A DNA stretch of 64,000 nucleotides from a virus, in the IMG/VR virus record IMGVR_UViG_3300017917_002349, positions 64,001 through 128,000 of that record, one strand, 5' to 3'. Shown here in pieces: positions 56,378 through 64,000 of the stretch. How positions within the stretch are numbered: the stretch's first letter is position 1; each line of letters opens with the position of its first letter. The position numbers were made by a program, and so were the translations under genes. The notes beneath the pieces were generated by a model. That model made no database searches. It was not told the DNA's origin and worked only from the letters and a program-made list of their open reading frames with translations.

Positions 56378-56454
56378 TGGTGGGCCCCCCGGGACTTGAA
56401 CCCGGACTCAACGGATTATGAGTCCGCTGCTTTAACCAATTAAGCTAAAGGCCC
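56378..56454 (-). tRNA. tRNA with CAT anticodon (probably Ile2/lysidine type, otherwise elongator Met)
   Basis: Cloverleaf, GACTCATAATC arm and GGGCC acceptor resembling tRNA-Ile2, CCA. Confidence 0.88.
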
Positions 56455-56468
56455 TGTGACTAGTGTAA

Positions 56469-56801
56469 TTAATCCTCTCTTGGGTGTGGTTGATTCACTT
56501 CTGGATCCCACTGTGTAGTGCGCTGCTGCTGCCCTAGTGTGACAAAACGATGTAGATCTTCCATGTGTTCTTGGAATATGTCAGGCACGGCAGCTGCTGC
56601 TCGCTGCATGTCATATGTGTGGGGATAGTGACGCAGCGCCCCGCGAGCACGATCACGTATGCCCGAGGGAATCCTGGGAGTCATCCGGGGATCGCAGAGC
56701 TCTTCCAGCAGCCTACGTGCCTGTTCAACAGCTCGATAACGTTCATCTGGTAAGGTCATGTCCCAATCTCTGCTTGATGATAATCTGCGCTTCTTAAGCA
56801 T
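56469..56801 (-). CDS. Hypothetical protein
   Basis: TLPDERYRAV..LRHYP; promoter 56808-56836. Confidence 0.75.
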   Translation of the reverse strand: MLKKRRLSSSRDWDMTLPDERYRAVEQARRLLEELCDPRMTPRIPSGIRDRARGALRHYPHTYDMQRAAAAVPDIFQEHMEDLHRFVTLGQQQRTTQWDPEVNQPHPRED

Positions 56802-56832
56802 CAGTATATTATATGCTCATAAAGTCAAGTTG

Positions 56833-57057
56833 TCAACGAGTTTTGGTAGATCGTGCAGCGGGGCCTCGTAGTGATCTTAGTCTAGCTAGATAGATTTCCA
56901 CTGCTCGGCAACGAGCCACTGTGTGATAACGACTGGCCAGCTGCCAATAGTAGAGGGCCAGCGTGTGACTGGTAGTGGCTATGACCAAAGCGCCTTGGCT
57001 GTCATATACGGTGTATCTACACTCACAGGGCAGATATTCAACTAGTAGACGGCTCAT
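56833..57057 (-). CDS. Hypothetical protein
   Basis: TAAATA box upstream; stop lies in the next -35 box. Confidence 0.5.
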   Translation of the reverse strand: MSRLLVEYLPCECRYTVYDSQGALVIATTSHTLALYYWQLASRYHTVARCRAVEIYLARLRSLRGPAARSTKTR

Positions 57058-57230
57058 GATCTAGTATTTACAGCAGCGGGGCCTAGTGCGGGCCACCCTC
57101 AGGCCAGGTCAGGGAGCCGCGAACACGGTGGGAAATGGTGCCAAACGATGCGATCTAGGGGTCTAGCGTGTGGAAACTCAGAGCGCAGAGTAGATCTAGG
57201 GTGGTGGTATGACAGGCTATGCTAAAATGG

Positions 57231-57290
57231 TCACACTTTTCCACACTTTTCCACACTTTATCACACTTTTCGCTACTTTTCTGCACCCTT
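57231..57290 (+). repeat. 10-bp-period tandem repeat (YCACACTTTT)
   Basis: tcacactttt ccacactttt ccacacttta tcacactttt cgctactttt ctgcaccctt. Confidence 0.85.
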
Positions 57291-57489
57291 TTTCACTCTC
57301 GGCCTGCGCAGCGGCCCGTATACGCAAGGCGGCGATCAGTAAATCACACAAACACACACTCACTGACCCGCGTCCGCATCATCAGCAGCGGGGCCTTGGG
57401 CACCGATCTCTGATGCGGGGCCTAGCACTACTCCCCAAGCTATGTAACCCATCCATACCGCCAGCACTATCAGCATGGCCCATTCACGT

Positions 57490-57636
57490 TCAGTTAACAT
57501 CTTCCCCCACCTCCATCCAAGATAACAACACTAGAAACACCACGGCTGTGATCACCATCATTAGGGGTGCCGCTGATCTTATGCTCAGGGTCATCATTAA
57601 CCACATGTAAAGGAACACTGAGATTTTCTGCCACAT
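57490..57636 (-). CDS. 48-aa membrane peptide (not in ORF track)
   Basis: AGGAGG RBS, TAAGTA box at 57659-57664, hydrophobic MWQKISVFLYMW... Confidence 0.55.
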   Translation of the reverse strand: MWQKISVFLYMWLMMTLSIRSAAPLMMVITAVVFLVLLSWMEVGEDVN

Positions 57637-57684
57637 ACACTGCCTCCTAGTCTACACATACTTATCCAGTAAATACGAGATCAT

Positions 57685-57870
57685 ATGTTGTATACTCTAT
57701 ACCTCACAGCCCAACAGCTAGATCGGGCACAGGACCTAATAGGGGATCAATCCCAGGTTAGATTATGGCATGTGCTCGCAGACTACTCCACGGGCTACTC
57801 CACGGAAGATCGCTTTGTTCTGCTCATAGACTGTGATCCCCGCCAGTATCTGCTGATGTTGCTGTTATGA
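57685..57870 (+). CDS. Hypothetical protein
   Basis: TAAATA box at 57670. Confidence 0.55.
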   Translation: MLYTLYLTAQQLDRAQDLIGDQSQVRLWHVLADYSTGYSTEDRFVLLIDCDPRQYLLMLLL

Positions 57871-57932
57871 TCGCGGCCGCGGCGCTTCGCGCAGGAAAAT
57901 TATCATTTGCTCTCTGCCTGGTAAATATGTAT

Positions 57933-58313
57933 ATGAGAAATATCTGTATCCTTGCTCTGGCTTTGGTCGTCACTGCCTGCTCTCATCTGCAGTCGTGGAT
58001 ACCTTCATTTTGGGACGACAATCAATCAAATTATATTGTGCAGACTCGTTTGAGCATAGAGAGTCTGGACTGTGCTCGTGAACAGCTACCACAGGTACAG
58101 AGTCTACAGCGTGATATCCGTAGGTTTGAACTATACTCAGAATCCAAGGGCAGCTTGCAAAAGGACGTACTCAGGGTCATAGAACCCATGAAGAACACAG
58201 TAGATGAGTGGGCCCGAAGGGGCGAAGGGTCTCGGACCTATTGCGAGATCAAACGGAAATTATTGGCACAGCAGGCAGAACGTGCGGCTAGGGTCATACT
58301 GGGGAGATGGTAA
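57933..58313 (+). CDS. Putative lipoprotein
   Basis: MRNICILALALVVTAC lipobox; TAAATA at 57922. Confidence 0.75.
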   Translation: MRNICILALALVVTACSHLQSWIPSFWDDNQSNYIVQTRLSIESLDCAREQLPQVQSLQRDIRRFELYSESKGSLQKDVLRVIEPMKNTVDEWARRGEGSRTYCEIKRKLLAQQAERAARVILGRW

Positions 58314-58547
58314 ATGATTGAACAACTACAGTTTCTAACGTCATGTGGCAGGCCCTGGGCAGAGCAGCGAGCGCAGTTTGCCCTAGAGATCACTAGGGCA
58401 CATCAGCAGGGTGATATATCCGAGTCGGAGTATCAGGCACTCATGGCTGACCTGATCCGATCAGATCGATTAAATGAGGAAGCCGATGACGGGGACATCA
58501 AGAACCTATTGGTCAGCTGCATAATGATTGGAGCGAAATTGGCATGA
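58314..58547 (+). CDS. Hypothetical protein
   Basis: Coupled ORF. Confidence 0.7.
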   Translation: MIEQLQFLTSCGRPWAEQRAQFALEITRAHQQGDISESEYQALMADLIRSDRLNEEADDGDIKNLLVSCIMIGAKLA

Positions 58548-59023
58548 AAATCCGTGATGTAATACAAGAAAATATCTTTACCTGCGACTATCATAAGGTC
58601 ATGCAGGCCGTGGCTGAACTCTATCAGCAACACTACGCAGTCAACGTATGGAACTCTGCAGAAGCACATGACGCTGCTGCCCGGGTACTGATGAAGCAGC
58701 ATCCCACAGATGAAGAGCTGGACTTGATCATCGACACCGCAGAGCTGCCAGAACGATTCCTAGATCTAGACTTTCCCGTCATGGATGAGCTGATGTTTGG
58801 CTCTGGCGGAGACATCACAGAAGAGCCTGCTTCTAGAGACCTCTGCACATCGGGCAAGCCCGATAGGGCTCTGGGTGCCAGCCAACTGGCCAGCTGTAAG
58901 TCGCAGGGCTATCGCAGCAGAGAAGGTGGCAAGAGCCACAAGATAGGCTCAGAACGTGTCAAGGTCCGTGGCAAACGCATCAAGGGCAAGAAGTACGGCG
59001 GCCCCCTACCAGATTGGAGTTAA
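58544..59023 (+). CDS. Hypothetical protein with basic C-terminal domain
   Basis: MKIRDVIQE N-terminus; LASCKSQG..YGGPLPDWS. Confidence 0.7.
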   Translation: MKIRDVIQENIFTCDYHKVMQAVAELYQQHYAVNVWNSAEAHDAAARVLMKQHPTDEELDLIIDTAELPERFLDLDFPVMDELMFGSGGDITEEPASRDLCTSGKPDRALGASQLASCKSQGYRSREGGKSHKIGSERVKVRGKRIKGKKYGGPLPDWS

Positions 59024-59583
59024 TGTTGACAGACCTTGCTGCCGGAGATCTGCTCATAGCACCCCCTGCCATGCAGGACACACGTTTCCATCACTCGGTG
59101 TTGTTGATCACACAGCACTCGCAGCGAGCCAGTTTCGCTCTGTGTGTAAATCGACCCACTGAGCACAGGCTCAATGACATACTAGAACCCCTGACCATAC
59201 GATTTCCCCAAAACCCACAGATGTATTGGGGCGGTCCTGTGAGCCCTTCCACGGTATGGATGCTGCACGACTCAGCTTGGTCAAGCCAGGGCACGGCTCC
59301 CGTCACTGATCAGTGGAGCATCACCAGCCATCACCAGATGTTTGATCACATACAGGCGCAGGGTTGGCCCCAGCAGTATAGACTGATGTTTGGACACTCG
59401 GGCTGGGGGCCTGGGCAGCTCACAGCAGAACTCACAGGCCAAGACCCCTGGAGCCATCGCAGCAGCTGGCTGGTACTACACGGGCCTGACCCAGACTGGC
59501 TCTTGAACCCCCAGGTAGAAGAACTATGGCGCCAGGCCACAGCATTCTGTGGACAGCAGACCGTGGACACTTGGATGGCCTAA
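59023..59583 (+). CDS. YqgE/AlgH family protein
   Basis: LLIAPPAM.D.RF, NRP, GGPV, GHSGWGPGQL..E. Confidence 0.9.
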   Translation: MLTDLAAGDLLIAPPAMQDTRFHHSVLLITQHSQRASFALCVNRPTEHRLNDILEPLTIRFPQNPQMYWGGPVSPSTVWMLHDSAWSSQGTAPVTDQWSITSHHQMFDHIQAQGWPQQYRLMFGHSGWGPGQLTAELTGQDPWSHRSSWLVLHGPDPDWLLNPQVEELWRQATAFCGQQTVDTWMA

Positions 59584-59584
59584 C

Positions 59585-60466
59585 ATGCAGCTGGTACCTA
59601 GGTACCCCAGCCCAGAACTCGTGATAGATTGGTGGCTGATGAATCACAGCAGATACCAACCCCCATATTGGCACCCCATACTGTATCAGGGCAACATCAG
59701 CTTACCCCAGTTAGATCACTGCCTTGGGTTCTTGGCACAGGCCCAGGCCCAGGGCCGACCCTTGAGGGTGAAATTCACAGGGGGTGAGGTCACAGAATGG
59801 TCCGGGTTTGATCTGCTGATCAAGGCAGCCCAGGCCCAGGGCATCTACACGGAATTCCGCAGCCATGCCCAGATCAGCCGAGAACAGTGGCAGACCCTGA
59901 TGCAGAGCTCCGGCTCTGTGAACATGGACTATCACCCAGGGTTTGCCAGCCCTGCGGTGTTTCTGGGCAATCTAGATGTGGCCTGTGATCTGGGCGTGAC
60001 CGTGTCAGTGACCCTGAACATGACCAAGGGCTCATGGCCAGAGCTCATAGATCTAGAACAGACCATACAGAGACGCAGGCCAGAGGTCCAGGTGCAGAGG
60101 CACATAGTGTTCATGGACCCAGTGTTCAACACAGAGCCCCAAGACTACACACCAGAACAGCTGGCCCAGCTGCGAGATCAGACCCTGGACCTATGTCTAG
60201 GCTCAGAGCTCACAGACTACGCGACCCTGGTCTTAGAATCACGTAACAGATTCCAGGGTTGGCAGTGCCATGCGGGACTAGATCAATGTGTGGTAGATGC
60301 TTGGGGTAGGGTCTATAGAAGCCACTGTAGACACAGAGGCTATATGGGCAAGATCAGCGATCCACAGATCACATGGCCCTCGGAGCCCGTGATCTGCGGT
60401 CTGGATCAGTGTGTGAATGCCTTTGATATACGGGCCATCAAGATACAGCAGACTGCTCTCGAATGA
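59585..60466 (+). CDS. Radical-SAM-like protein lacking the CxxxCxxC motif
   Basis: FTGGE, YHP, NRFQGWQCHAG and C-terminal Cys cluster. Confidence 0.7.
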   Translation: MQLVPRYPSPELVIDWWLMNHSRYQPPYWHPILYQGNISLPQLDHCLGFLAQAQAQGRPLRVKFTGGEVTEWSGFDLLIKAAQAQGIYTEFRSHAQISREQWQTLMQSSGSVNMDYHPGFASPAVFLGNLDVACDLGVTVSVTLNMTKGSWPELIDLEQTIQRRRPEVQVQRHIVFMDPVFNTEPQDYTPEQLAQLRDQTLDLCLGSELTDYATLVLESRNRFQGWQCHAGLDQCVVDAWGRVYRSHCRHRGYMGKISDPQITWPSEPVICGLDQCVNAFDIRAIKIQQTALE

Positions 60467-60953
60467 AGCCACGCAGAGCCTGTTCCACGAACTGATTAAA
60501 GGTCAGGTCCTGCTCATGGGCCAGCTTCATGTAGGTCAAGAGCTCTTGATCAGTGAAGTCCACGGGCACCTGTATTCTGGTGTCGTAGTCTTGGCCTTGA
60601 ACTATGGCCTGGGCCTTGTCTAGGAAGTCTTCTTCCACTTCAAGATCCGTGAAATCCACATCATCCCAGGCCTCCTTGGCTCGGGTTCCTAGATCTTCTG
60701 CGGCCTGATCATGGGCTGCTCGATACAGAGGATTGGTCCAACGATAGGCTCGATTTCTAGCATAGTCAAAGGCCTCCATTTGATAGACTTCCTGTGAGCG
60801 TGTGTCAAAAACCACGGTCACGGTGTGCCCGTCTTGATCACCATTCCATGAATCCAGCCTATAGGCATGGGGACCAAAACACTGCCAGGTATAGTCTGAC
60901 CCTTCTGTGATTCGATAATCACAGACCTGCATAAAATCACGTAGTGTAGGCAT
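60438..60953 (-). CDS. Hypothetical protein with C-terminal ribbon-helix-helix-like segment
   Basis: MKLAHEQDLTFNQFVEQAL. Confidence 0.7.
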   Translation of the reverse strand: MPTLRDFMQVCDYRITEGSDYTWQCFGPHAYRLDSWNGDQDGHTVTVVFDTRSQEVYQMEAFDYARNRAYRWTNPLYRAAHDQAAEDLGTRAKEAWDDVDFTDLEVEEDFLDKAQAIVQGQDYDTRIQVPVDFTDQELLTYMKLAHEQDLTFNQFVEQALRGFIREQSAVS

Positions 60954-60965
60954 GATAGTTCCTTG

Positions 60966-61433
60966 TTAGAAATTTGCTTGGTTTGAACGAATCCAACGGA
61001 TGAGGCTGTAGAGTTCTTTGCTGCCCTCGGGCATGAACTTCTTGCGCCAATCGTAGTCACAGTGCAGGCCACGATCCTTGAAGTAGCGTGTCTTGAACCT
61101 AGTACCGGGCTTGTTGACAGTGATGTCATGATCATAGCCATAACCACTCCAGCTGCTGCGACTTTTTTCGGTCCTAAAGGCCGTGATCACATAGCCGTCG
61201 GGGCAGTTGACCTGCCAACCCGTACCACCAATTTTCTTGTTGGGATGCGGCAACTGTTGCCAGGTATAGCCATCTATGACATCCTGTATCTCTCTTCGAT
61301 CTTCGGCTTCTTTTTTCAGAGCCATGAGACGATTACCGATCTGCTGCATGTCGCGAGCAGTCAAACCCATGAGCTGGGCCTGGACTAGGATTCTTTCTTG
61401 CTTGTCACTGAGTTTAGCACGTTCTCTTGCCAT
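60966..61433 (-). CDS. Hypothetical protein
   Basis: Promoter 61463-61491. Confidence 0.7.
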   Translation of the reverse strand: MARERAKLSDKQERILVQAQLMGLTARDMQQIGNRLMALKKEAEDRREIQDVIDGYTWQQLPHPNKKIGGTGWQVNCPDGYVITAFRTEKSRSSWSGYGYDHDITVNKPGTRFKTRYFKDRGLHCDYDWRKKFMPEGSKELYSLIRWIRSNQANF

Positions 61434-61487
61434 GATACTTGTCTGTGTGTTAATGAAACTTAATAATAACACCTTTCTAGAGCAGTG

Positions 61488-61733
61488 TCAACGATTTCTT
61501 TCGGAGATTTCTTTACAATGGACACAGAGCCTTACACCGGGCACGGCTATTTGGCGAGCTAGTGGTATGTCTTCACCACAGTCGTCACAGACTTCTGCAG
61601 AAGGTTCCTGTGCTTGTTTGGCCAATTTGTTCTGTACAGCACTGATAGCATTCATATGCATGTGCAGGCTGTGTAGCTGGGCCATTTCAGCTTCTTCTTC
61701 ATTGTTGTATTCGAATTGATCTAGATCATTCAT
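61488..61733 (-). CDS. DksA/TraR C4 zinc-finger protein
   Basis: CDDCGEDIPLARQIAVPGVRLCVHC. Confidence 0.9.
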   Translation of the reverse strand: MNDLDQFEYNNEEEAEMAQLHSLHMHMNAISAVQNKLAKQAQEPSAEVCDDCGEDIPLARQIAVPGVRLCVHCKEISERNR

Positions 61734-61990
61734 TTATCTGATTCTTTGATAGTGATTAATAGGCTGTTTCGATCTTGTTTATATTTGGCCCAGCTGTCCC
61801 AAAACGGGTCCCAGATCATCCATTTGGTCATGTAAAATCCAAAGACACACATGGGCACTGACATGATCACCCATCTGGCCCAACCTTCAGCACTCCAGCC
61901 CATGCCTAGGAAAAACATAGCAGTGAGCCACAGCTTTTGCCATCGTTCTTGACGAGACCATACCCAGCGAATCCATCTAAAAAATTCCAT
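61730..61990 (-). CDS. Membrane protein
   Basis: Trp-rich with two hydrophobic segments. Confidence 0.7.
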   Translation of the reverse strand: MEFFRWIRWVWSRQERWQKLWLTAMFFLGMGWSAEGWARWVIMSVPMCVFGFYMTKWMIWDPFWDSWAKYKQDRNSLLITIKESDK

Positions 61991-61991
61991 A

Positions 61992-62231
61992 CTAGTCTTT
62001 CTTTTTGAGTTGATCCATGACCTGTTGTTTGGCTCTGCGATCTAGATCGGAGTTTTCTGCTTCTATGATCTTATAGGCCATCAGGTCCATAAATTCCAAC
62101 AGGGCTATCTTGCCCTGTTCGTTAAACTTGTTGTAGCCCAACCCTACCGAACTTTTGTAATAGTAGTTGGGATTGTTCAGTATTTCTTCTAGACCACCGT
62201 AGACGAGATCTTTGACAGCACCCTTCTGCAT
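61992..62231 (-). CDS. Hypothetical protein
   Basis: ATG 62231 directly after the ligase stop. Confidence 0.7.
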   Translation of the reverse strand: MQKGAVKDLVYGGLEEILNNPNYYYKSSVGLGYNKFNEQGKIALLEFMDLMAYKIIEAENSDLDRRAKQQVMDQLKKKD

Positions 62232-62232
62232 G

Positions 62233-63558
62233 TTAAATTTTCTCACCTTTCGTAAAGCCGCGGAATCGGAGGAAGCGAGGGAAACGGAGCGACCATGTGT
62301 CCTCACTATCTTGGCTCCTAGTCGCTGCGTCTGCACGGACTTCCACGACCTGCCCAATGAGCGTATCCTTAGCTGACCAAAATTCTGCTCTCTGTTCGTC
62401 TGTAAAACCCGAACCACAATTGACCACGATTCTTTTACCATCGTCCGTTCCTTCACATACCAGAGCACCTAGCTTGCCCACATTGCGACCTGTGCCTTCT
62501 TCCACAGCAGTCACAGACAACGATACCTCGATAAACGGTTTCATCTTTAGCCAATCTGTGGTGCGTTTGCACTGATAGACAGCATTGGGCTCCTTGATCA
62601 TCACGCCTTCATAGCCAGCTTCAACCATTTCTCGCATGTAGTCGCGGAACTCGATCTCATCAGTGAACACATCTAGATCAAACTCACGTTGTGCCACGAT
62701 GTTGATAAAGCCTGAATCTGCAAAGATCTTAGAAAAGTTTTCGCGCAGGAAAGCTGAGCGACGTCGCTGACCCATGGTGCTCTTACCTGCCTTGAATTCA
62801 ACCAAAGGCAGGATATCGAACACATTCAACTGTGCATCTGATGTCTTGACATCGTGCTTGCGATGTACTTCACGCATCAATGCTTGAAAGTTACTGCTCA
62901 TGATCTCACCATCTATGACCATGCTACGCCCAAACTCCTCGATGAAGTTTGATAGATAATCAGTGATGTGGCTAAAGTTCTCTAAGACTTTACCGTTGCG
63001 GGTGTACTGAGTCACGGTCTTCTGTTCGTAATCGACCACGGTAAGACAGCGAACACCGTCTAGTTTAGGTTCGACGATTTTCTTGCCTGTGAGTTTGGTT
63101 TCGTGATTGGCAGAATCGTGGCTCAACTGACATTCAAACACTGGCACAGAATAATTTGGCTTCTTGAGCTTCTTGGCGATCTTGTTAACAGTGACTTCTG
63201 AAATTCCGCAACGAAGGTCCTTGCGTAAAATTCTAGAATAGAACCCATTCCATTGATCTTTAGTGGACACATCCATGGCCAGTTGTATGGCATCACGTGC
63301 GGCATGTCCAGTGAGTTCACGCTTGTATAATGCTTCGGCTAGTTCTTTGAAATTGACCCAGCTAAGGCCTTGTCCGTCTACTTCACTGATTGGAACTTGT
63401 TTCACACCAAAGGTATATAGATTGTCTAGACACATGCGAACACCTTCGAAGAATTCGTCTAGACCTTCGTTCATGGCAGATTCTAATACTGCTTCTTTGG
63501 CTAAGCGACTGTTGTCTGCTTCTAGCTGTGAAATAATTGTCTGCGGTTGTGTACGCAC
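62233..63558 (-). CDS. ATP-dependent DNA ligase
   Basis: EPKLDGVR, DGEI, EGVMIK, WLKMK, GSGFTD, SLRFPRF; promoter 63588-63616. Confidence 0.95.
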   Translation of the reverse strand: MRTQPQTIISQLEADNSRLAKEAVLESAMNEGLDEFFEGVRMCLDNLYTFGVKQVPISEVDGQGLSWVNFKELAEALYKRELTGHAARDAIQLAMDVSTKDQWNGFYSRILRKDLRCGISEVTVNKIAKKLKKPNYSVPVFECQLSHDSANHETKLTGKKIVEPKLDGVRCLTVVDYEQKTVTQYTRNGKVLENFSHITDYLSNFIEEFGRSMVIDGEIMSSNFQALMREVHRKHDVKTSDAQLNVFDILPLVEFKAGKSTMGQRRRSAFLRENFSKIFADSGFINIVAQREFDLDVFTDEIEFRDYMREMVEAGYEGVMIKEPNAVYQCKRTTDWLKMKPFIEVSLSVTAVEEGTGRNVGKLGALVCEGTDDGKRIVVNCGSGFTDEQRAEFWSAKDTLIGQVVEVRADAATRSQDSEDTWSLRFPRFLRFRGFTKGEKI

Positions 63559-63612
63559 CTTGGCTCCTTGATGTTTAACAATAATATATTATAGCACCAG
63601 AAAGATCGTTTG

Positions 63613-64000
63613 TCAATCACTGACCGTGAAAAAACTCTCCGGAACTTTGCTGACATCATATAGATCGGTGCGTTCTTTTGGAATCATGAAACGATCCATC
63701 ATTTTGGGCACATACTGCCACTGATTGGGCAGAATTTTACCGTCTGCAGTCGTGATGATATAGTCTTTGCTGGTAAAGTAATCCATTAGATCGTGAATGG
63801 TTCTGCCAAAGGCTCTGGGCTGTGTTTCCACGCACTCGATTTGAACTATTGGACGATTATTGGCGATGGTCTGATGAGCACCTTCAAGCACCTGTAGTTC
63901 ATAGCCTTCTACATCAATCTTAATGATGTCTACATCTGTGAAGTTATAAGAATCCAAAGTCAGTTGTGGAACCTGCACACGCTGATACCCTGTATTAATC
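63613..64000 (-). CDS. FkbM-family methyltransferase, 5'-truncated by the window
   Basis: TLDS..DIIKIDVEGYELQVLEGA..P...E. Confidence 0.88.
   Translation of the reverse strand, partial: INTGYQRVQVPQLTLDSYNFTDVDIIKIDVEGYELQVLEGAHQTIANNRPIVQIECVETQPRAFGRTIHDLMDYFTSKDYIITTADGKILPNQWQYVPKMMDRFMIPKERTDLYDVSKVPESFFTVSD

Larger units (their letters stand above)
41448..56836 (-). promoter_or_regulatory. Array of about 22 near-consensus sigma70 promoters
   Basis: -35 box (TGTCAA on +; AGTCAA at 44135) at 41471, 41928, 42255, 42967, 43366, 44135, 44612, 45471, 46400, 47050, 47435, 48262, 49584, 50878, 51569, 53671, 54185, 54637, 55466, 55836, 56048, 56831; each exactly 17 bp from TATAAT/TATACT/TATAGT/TATTAT/TACAAT. 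Confidence 0.92.

Noticed and set aside
41448-56836. Recurring TGTCAACC motif as a CRISPR repeat or integron attC array
   Set aside because: Spacing is gene-sized and irregular, the motif resolves into -35/-10 promoter boxes, and there is no cas or integrase gene in the window.
57209-57610. 133-aa + strand ORF
   Set aside because: Translates the 10-bp repeat and overlaps a better-supported minus-strand peptide gene with a strong RBS.
37598-62294. Other GGAGCG matches on + (36895, 37598, 51100, 62286) as additional anti-RBS RNAs
   Set aside because: They lie inside coding sequence and lack the CCG/CGG hairpin and terminator context.
1-64000. Stop-codon reassignment or a diversity-generating retroelement
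   Set aside because: Core genes are intact in the standard code with all three stops used; no reverse transcriptase or TR/VR pair seen.
1-64000. Apparent abundance of CTAG/GATC (TCTAGA, AGATCT) words
   Set aside because: Visual impression only; needs k-mer counts against a Markov background before any claim.

Overview
A 64-kb segment of a large lytic dsDNA phage with a T4-like core. It uses the standard genetic code, and I saw no CRISPR array, integrase, intron or intein. Bases 1-33 kb are mostly + strand and AT-richer. They hold terminase, gp32 SSB, UvsX/UvsY/UvsW, a 15-gene glycan/nucleotide-sugar block, clamp-loader-like protein, mini-DnaE, primase and gp41 helicase. Bases 33-40 kb hold a Fe/2OG-oxygenase, cupin and diiron block plus tRNA-Ile. 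Bases 40-57 kb are a visibly GC-richer minus-strand array of small 'early' genes, mostly in one- to three-gene units behind about 22 near-consensus sigma70 promoters, with a MoxR/vWA pair, three tRNAs and DnaA-box-like clusters. Bases 57-64 kb hold lipoprotein, YqgE, degenerate radical SAM, DksA/TraR and ligase genes. Main discovery candidate: the early genes share an extended ribosome-binding site (AGGAGCGAA/C). The 3' UTRs of two unrelated genes each carry a structurally conserved hairpin whose loop (AUUCGCUCC) is its exact complement, followed by an intrinsic terminator. This looks like a 3'UTR-encoded anti-RBS RNA system able to silence an early regulon. The MoxR gene separately carries a perfect 12-nt anti-RBS against its own start region, placed at its stop codon. 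All product calls come from motif recognition only; no database search was possible, so novelty is unverified. Several starts were moved from the ORF track to the codon with a better RBS or promoter fit.
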